A stretch of 32,000 nt of DNA, taken from NCBI GenBank assembly GCA_028277395.1, contig JANQGJ010000046.1:1-32000 (forward strand), written 5' to 3'. This DNA comes from Bacteroidales bacterium (GTDB lineage: Bacteria > Bacteroidota > Bacteroidia > Bacteroidales > F082). The position numbers were made by a program, and so were the translations under genes. Positions 29,499 to 32,000 of this stretch are shown here, in pieces; within the stretch, counting starts at the first letter, position 1; the number at the start of each line of letters is the position of its first letter. Under the pieces are notes generated by a model. It ran no database searches and was not told the DNA's origin. It worked only from the letters and a program-made list of their open reading frames with translations.

Positions 29499-31229
29499 AT
29501 GAAAGAAGTCAGGTTAATCATTCTGTTTATTATTGCTTCGGTGATAGTTTCTTGTAATAACAAAACCACTGATACTCCTGTTCCGGATACTGTTTTTAGT
29601 ATGGAACAATTGGATGTTTCACCTGATTTCAGCTGGTCAGCAAGCATGAAGGGACAGCTTGTTATTACATTATTAAATCCTTTAAACGTATCAACGGAGC
29701 AGGAGTATATACAGATAGTAAATGAGAACAATATTGTGCTTGACCATCGCATAGTTAGTGAAAACACAGCAACATTTGATTTAAATCTGCCTTACGATGA
29801 GGATTATTATGTTTATTTTCCTGTAACAACCGATAGGGCAAAAATTACAGGACCCGGAAGTATGGAAATAGAATTGGGGCCGACTGTAGAATATATTTAC
29901 AATTCCACCAAATCAACGGAAGTTGTTAGTTGTACATCATGTGATACACCAATGGAGAATGGAGGAGGAGAGGAACCATCATTTGGCTCTGGCTGGAGGC
30001 TGTATAGTGAAGATGATGTACCAGGCTGGGAAACAACAGCAACTGATAATAAGATCGAATTCTGGGTAAGTGGTTTCCAGGGAGTTCCTGCGCAGGAAGG
30101 TAGGCAGTTTTTTGAACTAAATGCCAATCAGGTAGCAGCCTTATATCAGGAGTTGTGCCTGGAGCCCGGATCAGTGATAAACTGGTCTGTTTGGCACCGT
30201 GGACGCCGTGGTGTTGATGTTGCTGAAGTTAAAATTGGTGCAACAGTTGAAACTGCAGAGTATCAGCAAACAATGTCTGATGGAACAGACGCATGGGGCC
30301 ATTATTCAGGTACTTATAGTGTTCCGGATGGTCAAACAACCACAGTATTTGTATTTGAGTCAATATCAGCAGCAGGTGGTAGTCTGAGTGTTGGAAATTT
30401 TCTTGATAATTTTGAGATTTCATGTGATGCTGATGGAGATGGTGTAATTGACAGGCATGATGATTTTCCTGATGATCCTGATAAAGCATTTGTTTCTTAT
30501 TTCCCTGAAGACGGTAAACAGGTTATTGCTTTTGAGGATCTTTGGCCTTCACTTGGAGACTTTGATTTCAACGATCTTGTACTTTCTAACAAGGTTATAA
30601 TTGCGAAAAATGCAGATGGAAACCTTGTTGATGCAAGTTTTAAGGTTAGTATTGATGCCATAGGTGCCAGTTTGGATAATGGCATTGCTATGATGCTTTA
30701 TACAGAAAACCTAACCACATTTGATGAGAACATAATTGATAACATAAGCGGTGCTGCAAGCATTGACCCTGGAAATGAAAACGGGTTGATACTTTCAACG
30801 GATGTATTTGAAACTATTAACGACAGATATCAGAATAATGGTTCAGGACCGGCAGGAGCGCCTGATACTCTTGAATTTACAATAACCTTTAGTGGTTCGG
30901 CAAATGATTTTATACCTGAGTTATATTTGTTCAGGACTGATAACAGGGGGCATGAGGTACATAGAAATGGTTTCCCGTTAACGGCCACAATGGATACTGA
31001 CCTGTTTAATACAAATGACGACGCCGGGGATTTTAAAACCGAAACCGGATTGCCATGGGGTATGGAAATAATAACCAACGAAACATATAATAATCCCAGA
31101 GAAAAGGTCGATATTCTTTTAGCATATCCAAAATTTGAAGCCTGGGCAACAAGTGGTGGTGTAAGCGAACAAACCTGGTATTTGTTCCCTGTGGAGAGTA
31201 ATGTTGTTGATCTGGATTTTGGTGATTAA
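29499..31229 (+). CDS. LruC/DUF4842 domain lipoprotein with a thrombospondin type-3-like Ca-binding repeat and a lectin-like N-terminal region
   Basis: 576-aa ORF with a lipobox (VIVSC|NN). TSP3-like CDADGDGVIDRHDDFPDDPDKA is followed directly by FEDLWPSLGDFDFNDLV, which matches my recollection of the LruC-domain signature. Residues ~165-310 look like a DUF642-type jelly-roll (WRLYSEDDVPGWET...EGRQFFELNAN). Confidence 0.75.
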   Translation: MKEVRLIILFIIASVIVSCNNKTTDTPVPDTVFSMEQLDVSPDFSWSASMKGQLVITLLNPLNVSTEQEYIQIVNENNIVLDHRIVSENTATFDLNLPYDEDYYVYFPVTTDRAKITGPGSMEIELGPTVEYIYNSTKSTEVVSCTSCDTPMENGGGEEPSFGSGWRLYSEDDVPGWETTATDNKIEFWVSGFQGVPAQEGRQFFELNANQVAALYQELCLEPGSVINWSVWHRGRRGVDVAEVKIGATVETAEYQQTMSDGTDAWGHYSGTYSVPDGQTTTVFVFESISAAGGSLSVGNFLDNFEISCDADGDGVIDRHDDFPDDPDKAFVSYFPEDGKQVIAFEDLWPSLGDFDFNDLVLSNKVIIAKNADGNLVDASFKVSIDAIGASLDNGIAMMLYTENLTTFDENIIDNISGAASIDPGNENGLILSTDVFETINDRYQNNGSGPAGAPDTLEFTITFSGSANDFIPELYLFRTDNRGHEVHRNGFPLTATMDTDLFNTNDDAGDFKTETGLPWGMEIITNETYNNPREKVDILLAYPKFEAWATSGGVSEQTWYLFPVESNVVDLDFGD

Positions 31230-31389
31230 TGATCTTTGTGTTGATCAATCCAATAGGGATTCTTCTTGTAGAACTTTAATTTCTCCTTCAGAATTATCGG
31301 TGATATATACATCTTCAATTTCTGCATAAAAATCCTTGATTTCCATCTTGGAAATTAGTAAAATTAACAATTGATTAAATGTAACAACA

Positions 31390-31992
31390 TTATTTAAACT
31401 TAATTTTTTTCGAAAGATCTAGCAATTCAGAATGGCCAAAATCTTCAGTTGAATTTATTATTAAATGAAAACATAGATCTTTATATTCAATGATAAGAAT
31501 ATATTTTAGTATCCCTTTCTCGCTAATGTAACCATGGATCATTGACTTACCTTTATAATTGAGAAATTCAATATTATTATATTTTTTTAATAGTGAACTT
31601 AACTTAAATGAAGAAGTAACAGTTATTCTAATTGACGAATTGTATTCCCCATTAAACAATGCAATGTAGTTTCCTTCCCCCTGTATAGTTTGTCCTAGTA
31701 TTAAACCAGAAGGTTTTAATTTCTCAATAGCATCTTCAAAGAATACAAAACTATAGCTAACTGGAGTAATTGAGACAGTATCTATAATATATTCCTCAAA
31801 TGATTTTTCCTTCTTTTCATCTTCCTCTATTTTTTCAGCAGCTGCCATAAATGCCTCTATTAATGCTTTTTGTGATTCTGTATTATCTTCTAATTGGATA
31901 CCATCGAGGGGCATAAATATTTCAGTCGGGATATCAATATTCTCCTGAAACTCTTTAGCTTTTGAGTACTCAATTAAGTCTTCAGTAGACAT
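31390..31992 (-). CDS. Hypothetical protein (acidic N-terminal half), unknown function
   Basis: 200-aa ORF in a stretch that looks more AT-rich than the rest of the window. I recognised no motif. Confidence 0.45.
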   Translation of the reverse strand: MSTEDLIEYSKAKEFQENIDIPTEIFMPLDGIQLEDNTESQKALIEAFMAAAEKIEEDEKKEKSFEEYIIDTVSITPVSYSFVFFEDAIEKLKPSGLILGQTIQGEGNYIALFNGEYNSSIRITVTSSFKLSSLLKKYNNIEFLNYKGKSMIHGYISEKGILKYILIIEYKDLCFHLIINSTEDFGHSELLDLSKKIKFK

Positions 31993-32000
31993 CCTTTTGG

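Overview
AT-rich chromosomal segment that looks like Bacteroidota: it has a T9SS C-terminal sorting domain, a FISUMP-domain protein, LytTR/His_kinase and ECF-sigma regulators, and several TAnnTTTG -7 promoter boxes. I found no rRNA, tRNA, CRISPR array, transposase or integrase. Reading left to right: a DUF2652-like protein; a minus-strand SDR / AraC / ceramidase-like membrane protein cluster; an ECF sigma with an overlapping 4-TM partner; a second SDR; membrane and TPR-like proteins; a cyclic-2,3-diphosphoglycerate-synthetase-like P-loop protein; a thioesterase; a FISUMP protein; a PD40 beta-propeller lipoprotein; a LytS-type kinase plus LytTR regulator; CutC; a ~1200-aa BNR/PKD T9SS cargo protein; a GH29 fucosidase; a tightly coupled three-gene operon; an LruC/DUF4842 lipoprotein; and an AT-rich orphan gene. 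The operon is the most interesting item. It encodes a GH63/GH37-like glycosidase, a 1009-aa tri-domain fusion (APH-type kinase, M23 peptidase, class-III aminotransferase-like phospho-lyase) and a LacZ-type GH2 beta-galactosidase. I propose it degrades an amino-alcohol glycoside, with collagen-type Glc-Gal-hydroxylysine as the leading candidate. The second notable observation is a conserved 41-nt operator made of 21-nt-spaced AACnGTAAT direct repeats. It sits at identical spacing from the -7 box upstream of both SDR genes, which implies a small regulon, probably controlled by the adjacent AraC regulator. All functional calls come from motif recognition by eye, with no database search.
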